The notes under the pieces are model-generated. The model made no database searches and was not told where the DNA came from. It was given only the letters and a program-made list of their open reading frames with translations. From contig JAGVGK010000027.1 of the NCBI GenBank assembly GCA_020057185.1, positions 1-46,602 of the forward strand: a stretch of DNA of 46,602 nucleotides, given 5' to 3'. Position numbers and translations under genes: made by a program. Positions within the stretch are counted from its first letter, which is position 1, and every line of letters begins with the position of its first letter. The DNA is from Minisyncoccota bacterium. Its GTDB lineage: Bacteria > Patescibacteriota > Minisyncoccia > Phycocordibacterales > JACOZG01. Below are positions 1 through 8,316 of the stretch, piece by piece.

Positions 1-182
1 AAATCGCTCCGTTACCGGAGCGCTAATGAAGTGGCGAGAGAGTGTGGTATATTGAAATGATTAGTAATCGGGAAATTGCATTTCAGCCCAGAATTTACAT
101 CCTTATTTGATTTTTAATGTACCATACACGACTCACTATGAGCGTGATTCTATTCATAAAGATAACATAAGATGTAATTTAA

Positions 183-318
183 ATCAACATCACCGGTACG
201 GGTCTCGGACTCTATGTGGCGAAGCAGATCGTGGATGGACATCAGGGAAAAATTTGGGCGGAGAGCGATGGGGTAGGGCAGGGGTCGGTTCATTGTGGAG
301 TTGGAGACGAAAAAATAA
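183..318 (+). pseudogene. Decayed, frameshifted 3' remnant of a sensor histidine kinase (HATPase_c G2 box to C-terminus)
   Basis: Frame from 183 reads INITGTGLGLYVAKQIVDGHQGKIWAESDGVGQGS (GxGLGL G2 box). After a 1-nt shift near 288 it continues FIVELETKK-stop (316-318). There is an in-frame stop at 180-182 and no N/G1 boxes upstream. Confidence 0.5.
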
Positions 319-330
319 AACCCCGTTCGT

Positions 331-354
331 GGTGGCGAACGGGGGTGAGAGTGT
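331..354 (-). terminator. Intrinsic terminator of the 365..742 gene
   Basis: Perfect 9-bp stem CCCCGTTCG/CGAACGGGG with a 6-nt loop. On the minus strand it is followed by TTTTATTTTTT. Confidence 0.65.
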
Positions 355-364
355 TTTGAGAGAG

Positions 365-742
365 TCACCAATTGTTCCAGTAAACAAGATCTACGGTGGC
401 AATTCCGCATTCATTGCAGTCGGCTATGTGACAAGTTGGTTCAACGCAGGATTGATCACAGGAATCTGTTATGGCTGACAGAGCTTCTAAGTCGCCAGCA
501 CCCAAGTCTCGCGCTTCTCGCGTTACGCGGATTAACAAGTCAATACTGTAATCATCGGCGTATGGCAACCGCCCACAAATCTCGTAAACATTGTCAATTT
601 TACTTTGATTGGAATTGCTCGATTGCCCAACTCCCGAACTGCAACCAGAAGTGAAAAGACCGACGCCACAAATGATCAAGGTAATGATCAGGGCGACTTT
701 TGAAAACCAACCACTCTCTGTCGTTCTGGCATTTTGTGTCAC
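365..742 (-). CDS. Small Cys-rich putative lipoprotein, hypothetical
   Basis: GTG start with GGAGG 8 nt upstream. N-terminal hydrophobic helix ends in a lipobox-like FTSGC. A terminator lies downstream. Confidence 0.6.
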   Translation of the reverse strand: MTQNARTTESGWFSKVALIITLIICGVGLFTSGCSSGVGQSSNSNQSKIDNVYEICGRLPYADDYSIDLLIRVTREARDLGAGDLEALSAITDSCDQSCVEPTCHIADCNECGIATVDLVYWNNW

Positions 743-773
743 TAGTTATCCTCCAAATTTTTGAAGACCATCT

Positions 774-794
774 GATCAATCACACTGATTGATC
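774..794. promoter_or_regulatory. Perfect 21-bp palindrome (operator-like) in a divergent promoter region
   Basis: GATCAATCA-cac-TGATTGATC lies between the divergently transcribed 365..742 gene and folD. Confidence 0.35.
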
Positions 795-830
795 TCTCTA
801 ACTTCAGACTATCATATTTTGTTTTGTTTG

Positions 831-836
831 TATAAT
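831..836 (+). promoter_or_regulatory. -10 box (TATAAT) 8 nt upstream of the folD ATG; possible leaderless transcript
   Basis: TATAAT-atagtgaa-ATG with no Shine-Dalgarno motif. Confidence 0.4.
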
Positions 837-844
837 ATAGTGAA

Positions 845-1714
845 ATGGTAAAAATTCTTGATGGGCGAGTGGTGCAAGCGGGGATTAAAAAGAAGCTAAT
901 CGCAACTTGCAGTGGGCTAGTGCGTAAACCACATCTGGTGATTATCCAAGTCGGTAAACGGCCGGAATCGACGCTTTATATTGAACGGAAAAAGAAATTC
1001 GGTGAGCAGATCGGAGTGAAGATTACCCACGCGCACTATCCTCAAGCGATTAGCGAAGTGAAGTTAATTTCTGAAATAATTAATTTCAATAATGATGGAG
1101 CGGTGCACGGCATCATTGTCCAGATCCCATTACCGAAACAATTAAACACTACGCGAATTCTCAATACGATTAGCGCGGTGAAAGATGTAGATGGTTTATC
1201 GGCGGTCAATCTCCAACGGGCTTGGCAGAATGATCAAGGCGGTTTCCGACCGGCGACGGCGTGCGGGGTGTTGATCTTGCTTGAGCATTATAAGATTCCG
1301 CTTCGCGGACGAACGGTCGTGATCATCGGTCGCTCGGCCCTAGTTGGCAAACATCTGGCGCTAGCTTGTCTCAACGCCGGTGCGACCGTCACGATTTGTC
1401 ATCGCGAGACGAAAAATTTGTCCGCTATTACTAAACAGAGTGACATTTTAATTGTCTCGGCGGGTTCGCCCGGACTAATTACCAAAAAATATGTTCGAGC
1501 CGGTCAAGTGGTGGTTGATGTGGGAATTAATGTTTTGCCCGGTCAAAAATTATTAGAAGAAGTGGGGAAAAGGAAAATTGTGGGTGATGTCGCTTATGAC
1601 GAAGTGGCGTCGATCGTCCGAGCGATTTCGCCAGTCCCGGGTGGCGTGGGGCCCCTAACCATCGCTTGCCTGTTTGAAAATTTAGTGGAAGCCTACAAAT
1701 TTCACTCGAGATAA
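845..1714 (+). CDS. folD: Bifunctional methylenetetrahydrofolate dehydrogenase/cyclohydrolase
   Basis: 289 aa, FolD-like along the whole length (ILDG..., RPESTLY, VQIPLP, GRSALVGKHLA, PVPGGVGPLT). Confidence 0.95.
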   Translation: MVKILDGRVVQAGIKKKLIATCSGLVRKPHLVIIQVGKRPESTLYIERKKKFGEQIGVKITHAHYPQAISEVKLISEIINFNNDGAVHGIIVQIPLPKQLNTTRILNTISAVKDVDGLSAVNLQRAWQNDQGGFRPATACGVLILLEHYKIPLRGRTVVIIGRSALVGKHLALACLNAGATVTICHRETKNLSAITKQSDILIVSAGSPGLITKKYVRAGQVVVDVGINVLPGQKLLEEVGKRKIVGDVAYDEVASIVRAISPVPGGVGPLTIACLFENLVEAYKFHSR

Positions 1715-1720
1715 AGAAAA

Positions 1721-1749
1721 GGGCCCAGCGCAAGAATTGCGCTGGGCCC
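1721..1749. terminator. Bidirectional hairpin between convergent folD and the PEP-CTERM gene
   Basis: 11-bp perfect stem GGGCCCAGCGC/GCGCTGGGCCC with a 7-nt loop. The T-run (TTTTCTTT) is on the minus-strand side. Confidence 0.65.
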
Positions 1750-1776
1750 GAATTAATTTAACTTAACTGCTTTTTG

Positions 1777-2544
1777 TCACGCGATCCGTCGTCGTCCGAA
1801 GTATGTGGCGACTCCGCCGATCCCGAGTAGTGTGAGTGACACTGGTTCGGGGACAATTACACCCGAAATCCCCATGTTCCCGCTCCAGTCGGAGAGGGTG
1901 AACCAATCCGGCTTCGGTCCTCCTTCGCCCGACCAGAAATTCTGACTGAAATCGGACCAACTGTTGGTAATTTGCGCGTTCTGGCCGGTCAGATTGAAGC
2001 TCGAGTAAATGTTGGTCCAAAGTTCCGGTCCGTCGTCCGGATTTTCTGGATTCGAATTGATGTAGTAATTCGTGTTGCCGTTGTACCAAATTGAGAAGTT
2101 GGGTGTTCCCTGGACGTATTCCCCGTTTTGATCCAAAACGAGAGAGTACTCATAGGTTGAAGCCTGGCCGTTGACTGACGGTCCTTGATTGCCTGTAGGG
2201 AAATCATTGGGGCCATGAGCGAAGCTTCCGCTCATATTGATGTTGGCCGAGAATCTCGCGACAATGTTGTCGTCGGGGTTCCCGTCTGGATAGATTTGAG
2301 CACTCCCGCTCATTTCATCGACAATCAACCCGGCTCCGTTGATCGACGCCCAACCACTGGTATCTCGATGCCCGCTTTGGGCGGAGACGTCGGGAAAGAA
2401 ACTTCTACCCCCGCCTCCACCACCAGGTCCGGGATCAGTGGGGATAACCACCGGTCCGGCCAGACTTTGCTCTAGCCCTATTCCCCATCCGGAAAGCACC
2501 ATCGCTACTGCGAGAATTACCGATCCAATCTTCCACTGCTTCAT
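1777..2544 (-). CDS. Secreted PEP-CTERM-anchored protein, function unknown
   Basis: N-terminal signal peptide, a Gly-rich PGPGGGGGG linker, and the C-terminus VPEPVSLTLLGIGGVATYFGRRRIA (PEP motif + TM helix + Arg cluster). Confidence 0.75.
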   Translation of the reverse strand: MKQWKIGSVILAVAMVLSGWGIGLEQSLAGPVVIPTDPGPGGGGGGRSFFPDVSAQSGHRDTSGWASINGAGLIVDEMSGSAQIYPDGNPDDNIVARFSANINMSGSFAHGPNDFPTGNQGPSVNGQASTYEYSLVLDQNGEYVQGTPNFSIWYNGNTNYYINSNPENPDDGPELWTNIYSSFNLTGQNAQITNSWSDFSQNFWSGEGGPKPDWFTLSDWSGNMGISGVIVPEPVSLTLLGIGGVATYFGRRRIA

Positions 2545-2675
2545 GTCTGCTATCTCCTTTGTCGAAGACCAATAAAACGGCTAAACCACACGATTTATAA
2601 CCGTTTCCTATATGCTAGCAAATCTAGTTAAACTTGTCAACCCCGTTAGAGGCAGAGGGTCGCTAGGAATATGAT

Positions 2676-3659
2676 ATGATAATAATGATGTCACAAGAAC
2701 AAAAAATTATTCTCTCTGGTGTGAAGCCAACCGGTCGACCGCATATCGGCAATTATTTCGGTGCGATGAAGCAATTCGTGGATTTGCAAACCGAATATCG
2801 CTCTTTCATTATGATTGCCGATCTTCATGCGTTGACGAGTGTCACGGAGGCAGAAATTCTTCGGCGCGAGACACTGGATGTGGCGATTGATTATCTCGCG
2901 ATTGGGCTTGACCCCGAGCGAGTTACTATTTTTCGACAATCCGATGTGCCGGCGCACACCGAACTTGCATGGATTTTTAATTGCCTCACGACAATGCCGT
3001 ATCTCGCGCGAGCGCACGCTTTCAAAGATGCCGAAGCGAAAAATCGCGAAGTGAATGTCGGCGTTTTCACTTACCCAATCTTGATGGCGGCGGATATCTT
3101 GCTCTATGATCCGGATTTGGTGCCGGTTGGTCAAGATCAGAAACAGCATGTTGAGATTGCGCGCGACACCGCCGAGAAATTCAACCGCCTTTTTGGTGAA
3201 GTTTTTAAATTACCCGAGGCCTTGATTCTTGACCAAGTGAAAACGCTGATTGGCCTCGATGGCCAGAAGATGTCGAAGAGTTATCGCAACACCATTCCAC
3301 TTTTTGCTGATGAACGCGAATTGAAACAACTAATTATGAGTATTAAAACTGATTCGAAGAGCGAGACTGAAGCGAAGAATCCGGAAGAGTGCAATGTTTT
3401 CGCTTTGCATAAACTTTTCTCCGGCGCGATTATACCCGAGGTCAAACGCCGTTATGTCGAAGGCGCGATCGGTTATCGCGAGTCGAAAGAAATTCTTTTC
3501 GAACAGATGAACCACTATCTTGAACCCTTGCGAGCGAAGCGAGTGGAGATTGCGAGTCGACCAGATGAGGTGCGCGCGATTCTCGCGCAAGGCGCGGGCG
3601 ACGCCCGCGCCGTCGCCGAAGCGAAATTGGCAAAAATCCGCGAAGCGGTTGGCTTATAA
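2676..3659 (+). CDS. trpS: Tryptophan--tRNA ligase
   Basis: Class I motifs HIGNYFG and KMSKS, length ~325 aa. The start could be ATG 2685/2688, 9-12 nt after TATGAT at 2670-2675. Confidence 0.95.
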   Translation: MIIMMSQEQKIILSGVKPTGRPHIGNYFGAMKQFVDLQTEYRSFIMIADLHALTSVTEAEILRRETLDVAIDYLAIGLDPERVTIFRQSDVPAHTELAWIFNCLTTMPYLARAHAFKDAEAKNREVNVGVFTYPILMAADILLYDPDLVPVGQDQKQHVEIARDTAEKFNRLFGEVFKLPEALILDQVKTLIGLDGQKMSKSYRNTIPLFADERELKQLIMSIKTDSKSETEAKNPEECNVFALHKLFSGAIIPEVKRRYVEGAIGYRESKEILFEQMNHYLEPLRAKRVEIASRPDEVRAILAQGAGDARAVAEAKLAKIREAVGL

Positions 3660-3661
3660 TT

Positions 3662-5497
3662 ATGTCAAAAAATGAACAAATAACGGTAAATATTGTTCGC
3701 AAGAAATTAGAAGTGATCGGAATCACGACCGATAATGATTTTTTAGTTGATGAACAAGTAATTCAAAATGCCCTTATCAAAAAATTATTACCAAGTAAAA
3801 CCGAGATTGGAAGTGGCAAAGGTCGGCCAGAGTTTTTAATTTCCAAAATCGGAGACAAAGATTTTTTAATCGTTATTGAGTGTAAAGCTGATATAAAATA
3901 TCACAAGTCGCCAAACAAAGATCAACCGGCAATCTTTGCCGTAGATGGAGTTCTTCTTTATGCTTCAAAATTATCACGAGAATTTAATGTGATTGCGGTA
4001 GCGGTAAGTGGACAAACAAAAGAGGAATTAAAAATTACCACCTTCCTTTTTCCAAAAGGTTCTGGTACGCACTCAATTCTTACTGACACAAAAAAAATTC
4101 CAGTGTCTGATATTATTTCTTGGCAAGATTATATCCGCTATGCCACCTATGATGAAAATCTTGTAAACACTAGAAAAAAGGATTTAAACAGATTTTCTCG
4201 TGACTTGCATAATTATCTCCGGGATTATGCAAAAATTACTGTGGCACAAATGCCTTTACTTGTAAGCGGAATTCTCATTGCTCTAATGGAAAAGGGATTT
4301 AAGGTTGCCTATTCCAAATACATTGGGCCGGAACTTGCCCAAAAAACATTTCAAGCAATTAAAGATCAAATTAACAAGACAACGCTTGGAATAAACCAGA
4401 ACGAGAAAAAACGAGCGATTATAAACGCTTTCAGTTTTATTGAATATCATCCCGAACTGCAAAAAATCGATAAAAAGAAAAACGAATCACCTCTAGAACA
4501 TATCGTTCGCGAGATAGACTCGGAAATGAAACCTTTTACACACGACCGCTTTGATTTTGATGTAATTGGTAACTTTTACGGCGAGTTTATTCGTTATACG
4601 GGCGGAGATGCGCAAGGTCTCGGTATCGTTTTAACCCCAAAACATATTACGGAATTGTTTGTTGATTTGGCAAAACTAGACAAAAACGACAAGGTTTTAG
4701 ATACTTGCTGTGGTACCGGTGGATTTTTAATTTCTGCGATGAAAAAAATGACAGAAGGATTAAGTGAAGGTGAAAGAAAGAAAATCTTGGAGAAATCTCT
4801 CATCGGGATTGAACAAGAACCATCAATGTTTGCTCTTGCTGTTTCAAATATGATTTTGTGGGGCGACGGCAAAACTAACCTTTATCAAGGATCATGTTTT
4901 GATGAAGATATTTTCAAACAAGTAAAAAATCAAGCCAGTGTTGGTTTTATCAATCCACCGTTTTCGCAGAAAGGTGAAAATTTACACGAATGGAATTTCG
5001 TCATTACAATGCTTGACGCACTCCAGAAAAATGCGACCGGTATTGTGATTGTGCCTATGTCTTTGGCTATTGCCAAACACCCGTTCCGCGAGCGATTGCT
5101 TAAAGAGCACCGTCTTGAAGCGGTCATGAGTATGCCAAATGACCTTTTTTATCCCGTTGGCGTCGTTACGTGCACTATGGTATTTACTGCGCATGTTCCG
5201 CATGATAGCGACCCGCACCATGAAAGCTGGTTTGGCTATTGGAAAGATGACGGATTTCGAAAAGATAAGCGGGAGGGAAGAATTCCAACGGAGAGGTGGT
5301 CGGGAATTCGCAAAGAATGGCTTGATATGTTTCGTCGTAAAGAAATTGCTGAAAAAAGTGTTTGGAAGAAAGTAGAAGTGAATGATGAGTGGTGCGCTGA
5401 GGCGTATCTTGAAACTGATTATTCGGATATCTCAGAAAAAAATTTTGAGAACGAATTAAAGAGATATGCTTATTTTAAGTTGTTTAAAGATTTATGA
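3662..5497 (+). CDS. Fused PD-(D/E)xK endonuclease / gamma-class N6-adenine DNA methyltransferase (Type IIB BcgI-A-like R-M subunit)
   Basis: The N-terminus has GRPEF...DFLIVIECK (PD..ExK-like). Methyltransferase motif I is VLDTCCGTGGFL and motif IV is NPPFS. 611 aa, with a 4-bp ATGA overlap onto the downstream S-like gene. Confidence 0.8.
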   Translation: MSKNEQITVNIVRKKLEVIGITTDNDFLVDEQVIQNALIKKLLPSKTEIGSGKGRPEFLISKIGDKDFLIVIECKADIKYHKSPNKDQPAIFAVDGVLLYASKLSREFNVIAVAVSGQTKEELKITTFLFPKGSGTHSILTDTKKIPVSDIISWQDYIRYATYDENLVNTRKKDLNRFSRDLHNYLRDYAKITVAQMPLLVSGILIALMEKGFKVAYSKYIGPELAQKTFQAIKDQINKTTLGINQNEKKRAIINAFSFIEYHPELQKIDKKKNESPLEHIVREIDSEMKPFTHDRFDFDVIGNFYGEFIRYTGGDAQGLGIVLTPKHITELFVDLAKLDKNDKVLDTCCGTGGFLISAMKKMTEGLSEGERKKILEKSLIGIEQEPSMFALAVSNMILWGDGKTNLYQGSCFDEDIFKQVKNQASVGFINPPFSQKGENLHEWNFVITMLDALQKNATGIVIVPMSLAIAKHPFRERLLKEHRLEAVMSMPNDLFYPVGVVTCTMVFTAHVPHDSDPHHESWFGYWKDDGFRKDKREGRIPTERWSGIRKEWLDMFRRKEIAEKSVWKKVEVNDEWCAEAYLETDYSDISEKNFENELKRYAYFKLFKDL

Positions 5498-6429
5498 TCG
5501 TAAGTGACTTTTTTAAAGTTGAATACGGGCAAAGAATTTATCACTCAAAAAGTTTTTTGGATGATAAATTTGGAAAGACCCCGCTTATCTCTTCTGGAAA
5601 AAGTGACCATGGTTTTTATGGCATCTTTGGTATAGAACCTCTCTACAGCAATGTAATTTCAGTGGCGAACACTGGTTCAGTTGGTTGGGCATTCTATCAT
5701 AATTATGATTGTTGCATTGATGACAACTGTCTTGTATTGATCCCAAAAACAAGAATGTCTGACCAACAGATGGTTTATTTTGCAATGTTGTTAAGTAAAG
5801 ATAAATACAGATATATGTATGGACGACAAGTTACTCCTATACGAATAGAAAATATTAAATTACCGGATATTCCAAATTTTGTTATTAAAAAAGAATTTCC
5901 AAACATAAATGAAGTAAAAAAGCCAGTATCTAATAAAAAAGTTTTTTTGTCCGACCGAAAATGGAAATGGTTCCATTGCGGAAATTTATTTGACATTGAA
6001 TACGGACAAAGAGAGTACACATCAAAAGATATTTTAGATTTGCCAAATGGCAGCGTACCGCTGATAAGCTCGACGGGTGAAAATAATGGCGTGTATGGTT
6101 TTTATAGCATTCAACCAAAATATTCCCATGTTTTGAGCATCGCTCGAACTGGTTCAGTTGGCGCAACTTTCTATCATGATTATGATTGCTGTATCAGTGA
6201 CGATTGCATGGTCTTGCATCCAATTAAAGAAAATCTCGATATTTTTAATGGTTTATTTCTCTCTTTTATTTTAGGTCAAGATAAATACCGTTATAGTTAT
6301 GCACGAAAAGTGACCCCAACCCGATTGCGAGAATCAAAAATCAAACTTCCGGTTGATAAAAATGGAGATCCCGATTGGCAATTTATGAAGGATTATATAA
6401 AGTCGTTGCCGTATTCAGCGAGTTTGTAA
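5494..6429 (+). CDS. Specificity (S/TRD) subunit with two homologous target-recognition halves (BcgI-B-like)
   Basis: Internal duplication: FKVEYGQRIYHSK...TGSVGWAFYHNYDCCIDDNCLVL...KDKYRYMYGRQVTP versus FDIEYGQREYTSK...TGSVGATFYHDYDCCISDDCMVL...QDKYRYSYARKVTP. Translationally coupled to the methyltransferase-nuclease gene. Confidence 0.7.
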   Translation: MIVSDFFKVEYGQRIYHSKSFLDDKFGKTPLISSGKSDHGFYGIFGIEPLYSNVISVANTGSVGWAFYHNYDCCIDDNCLVLIPKTRMSDQQMVYFAMLLSKDKYRYMYGRQVTPIRIENIKLPDIPNFVIKKEFPNINEVKKPVSNKKVFLSDRKWKWFHCGNLFDIEYGQREYTSKDILDLPNGSVPLISSTGENNGVYGFYSIQPKYSHVLSIARTGSVGATFYHDYDCCISDDCMVLHPIKENLDIFNGLFLSFILGQDKYRYSYARKVTPTRLRESKIKLPVDKNGDPDWQFMKDYIKSLPYSASL

Positions 6430-6435
6430 TAAATT

Positions 6436-7014
6436 ATGACCCGATCGCAAAAAATTATTTTATTTACCGCCCTGGCGCTGATCATTATTCTTTATGCCCT
6501 GATGAATAGTTTGAGGCAAAATGAAAAATTGCCGACGGTTAAAAATCGAAAAGATTTTTCACCTAAAACTGAGGTTGAAATTACTAATCCAATCGCGGTT
6601 ATCCCTAAGCGTGATGGGTTTATAGATACTCAAAATTGGCCAGTTTATCGGGGTGAAGATCTAGGTTTTGAAATACGATATCCAACCGGGTGGGGGATCA
6701 AGCGACTATATTCAGTATACGCTAAAGATGAGATAGTTTTTCTCATTTTTTCTCCAGTACCGTATGATTTTTCTGCTGGCATAAGTATTTTAAACACCCC
6801 ATTTGAAAAAGTTGTTGAGTCAGAGAGTAGTAAAAATCTAATTTCAACTGAAAAGATTAACATCGGGGAGTTAGGTTCTGTTTTACAAATAACCAGAGCC
6901 AATTCTTATGACGAGGATGTTTCTTTTGTTTTTCAACACGGAAATTATACTTATGTAATGCGCTCATCATCGGATTTGGGACGAGCCATGCTTGCCACGC
7001 TTACTTTTATTTAG
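6436..7014 (+). CDS. Membrane-anchored hypothetical protein
   Basis: 192-aa ORF with one N-terminal TM helix (ILFTALALIIILYAL). No recognisable catalytic motif. Confidence 0.55.
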   Translation: MTRSQKIILFTALALIIILYALMNSLRQNEKLPTVKNRKDFSPKTEVEITNPIAVIPKRDGFIDTQNWPVYRGEDLGFEIRYPTGWGIKRLYSVYAKDEIVFLIFSPVPYDFSAGISILNTPFEKVVESESSKNLISTEKINIGELGSVLQITRANSYDEDVSFVFQHGNYTYVMRSSSDLGRAMLATLTFI

Positions 7015-7095
7015 TAACATTATAACCAGAATGCACAGTGTTGTGCATCGAATGGGCAATTTCGCCCGATTAGTTCTTTAAAAAAGGAATGAGAA

Positions 7096-8223
7096 ATGCG
7101 AATTTTCCGTTATGTGTTTGTGGTGTCTCTGGCGAGTGTCGGGAACTATGTTTTAGCTCAACCGGTTGCCACGGATTTCAGCCTTCCTGTTCGACCAGCG
7201 TCTGGTTACTACGATGCTGGCCCTTTCTTATCTGTCTATCAGGGCAAATATCACATGGGTGAAGACTGGAACGGCAATGAGAAAGGCAGTAGTGATTACG
7301 GCGATCCGGTTTATCCCATAGCGGTGGGGAAAGTGGTGAAAATTTCTAATATCACCAAAAAGGATTCAGTGGGCAAGTTCGTGGTGGTCAAACATTTATT
7401 GCCAAATGGTGAGCCGATATTCTCGTATTATTTCCACCTTAGCGAAATTTCGGTGGCTCTGAACCAAATTGTTTATCCTAACCAGCCACTTGGCAAAATT
7501 GGCGACGCCAACGGTTATTACAAAGGCTCGGCGCATCTTCACTTCGAGCTTCGGCGGGTGAATCAGACGCTAAGTTCGAGTTACGCTCCGACTTTACTCA
7601 TCGCGACCGAGCAGAAATATCTTGATCCGTCGCTTTTCCTTGATGACCGAGCGAACAAGGTGACCATGAATCTCACTGCGAATACTTGGTTCAGATCTAA
7701 GAATAAAGGAATCGAGATTTCCGATTATACTCCCGCGGCGTTGGCTTATGTGACTTGTCATGGCAGTACCCGGTCGCTTGGCTCGGCGGTTGAAGCGGGA
7801 TGGATTGATCCGTCAATCTGGACTGACAAAAGTTCATTAGACGGGGATTGGGAAGACAGTCTTGTTTTTGGTCCGGAGATCGACTTCAGGATCAAAGCCT
7901 TTCAGGATTGCATTTTGACCATCGTCATTCCTGGAAATAATTTCCAGGCCGAACGGGCGCGCGATGATATGATCAAAGTGGCTAATCGGGCCGGCTTCAC
8001 GCGGGTGAAGTTAGGGACACTGACTAATCTTGGAAACGATGGGACAGGATTTTATTATCTCCGATCGCTTTGTTTCGACAATGGAGCGAATACTGGTGTC
8101 GGTTGTCTGGTCCAAGCGACGGCTTACGATGGCCCACTTCTGCGTTATGTCATTTGGTATGAACCGGCGACCAATACGGGAATTGGCGATTGGAGCGAAC
8201 TAGATCCGAACGATATTGATTAA
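7096..8223 (+). CDS. Secreted M23 (LytM-type) peptidoglycan metallopeptidase with an uncharacterised C-terminal domain
   Basis: Signal peptide, HMGEDW (HxxxD) and HLHFE (HxH) motifs, RBS AAGGAA upstream. Confidence 0.85.
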   Translation: MRIFRYVFVVSLASVGNYVLAQPVATDFSLPVRPASGYYDAGPFLSVYQGKYHMGEDWNGNEKGSSDYGDPVYPIAVGKVVKISNITKKDSVGKFVVVKHLLPNGEPIFSYYFHLSEISVALNQIVYPNQPLGKIGDANGYYKGSAHLHFELRRVNQTLSSSYAPTLLIATEQKYLDPSLFLDDRANKVTMNLTANTWFRSKNKGIEISDYTPAALAYVTCHGSTRSLGSAVEAGWIDPSIWTDKSSLDGDWEDSLVFGPEIDFRIKAFQDCILTIVIPGNNFQAERARDDMIKVANRAGFTRVKLGTLTNLGNDGTGFYYLRSLCFDNGANTGVGCLVQATAYDGPLLRYVIWYEPATNTGIGDWSELDPNDID

Positions 8224-8257
8224 CTGAAACAGCGATTTCTCATTCACTTCCTTTGAG

Positions 8258-8297
8258 CCCTCTGTTCGCCGTGGCGAATGGAGGGTTTTTATTTTTT
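8258..8297 (+). terminator. Intrinsic terminator after the M23 peptidase gene
   Basis: CCCTCTGTTCGCC-gtg-GCGAATGGAGGG hairpin followed by TTTTTATTTTTT. Confidence 0.7.
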
Positions 8298-8298
8298 G

Positions 8299-8307
8299 TG
8301 TTAAACT
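8299..8307 (+). promoter_or_regulatory. Extended -10 (TGtTAAACT) 9 nt upstream of the aspS ATG
   Basis: TGtTAAACT-ctaaccact-ATG with no SD. Confidence 0.4.
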
Positions 8308-8316
8308 CTAACCACT

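Noticed and set aside
107-654. Track ORFs 107..478(+), 150..410(-), 190..387(-) and 436..654(+)
   Set aside because: They overlap each other, the histidine-kinase remnant, the terminator hairpin and the better-supported 365..742 gene. No motifs or RBS were found.
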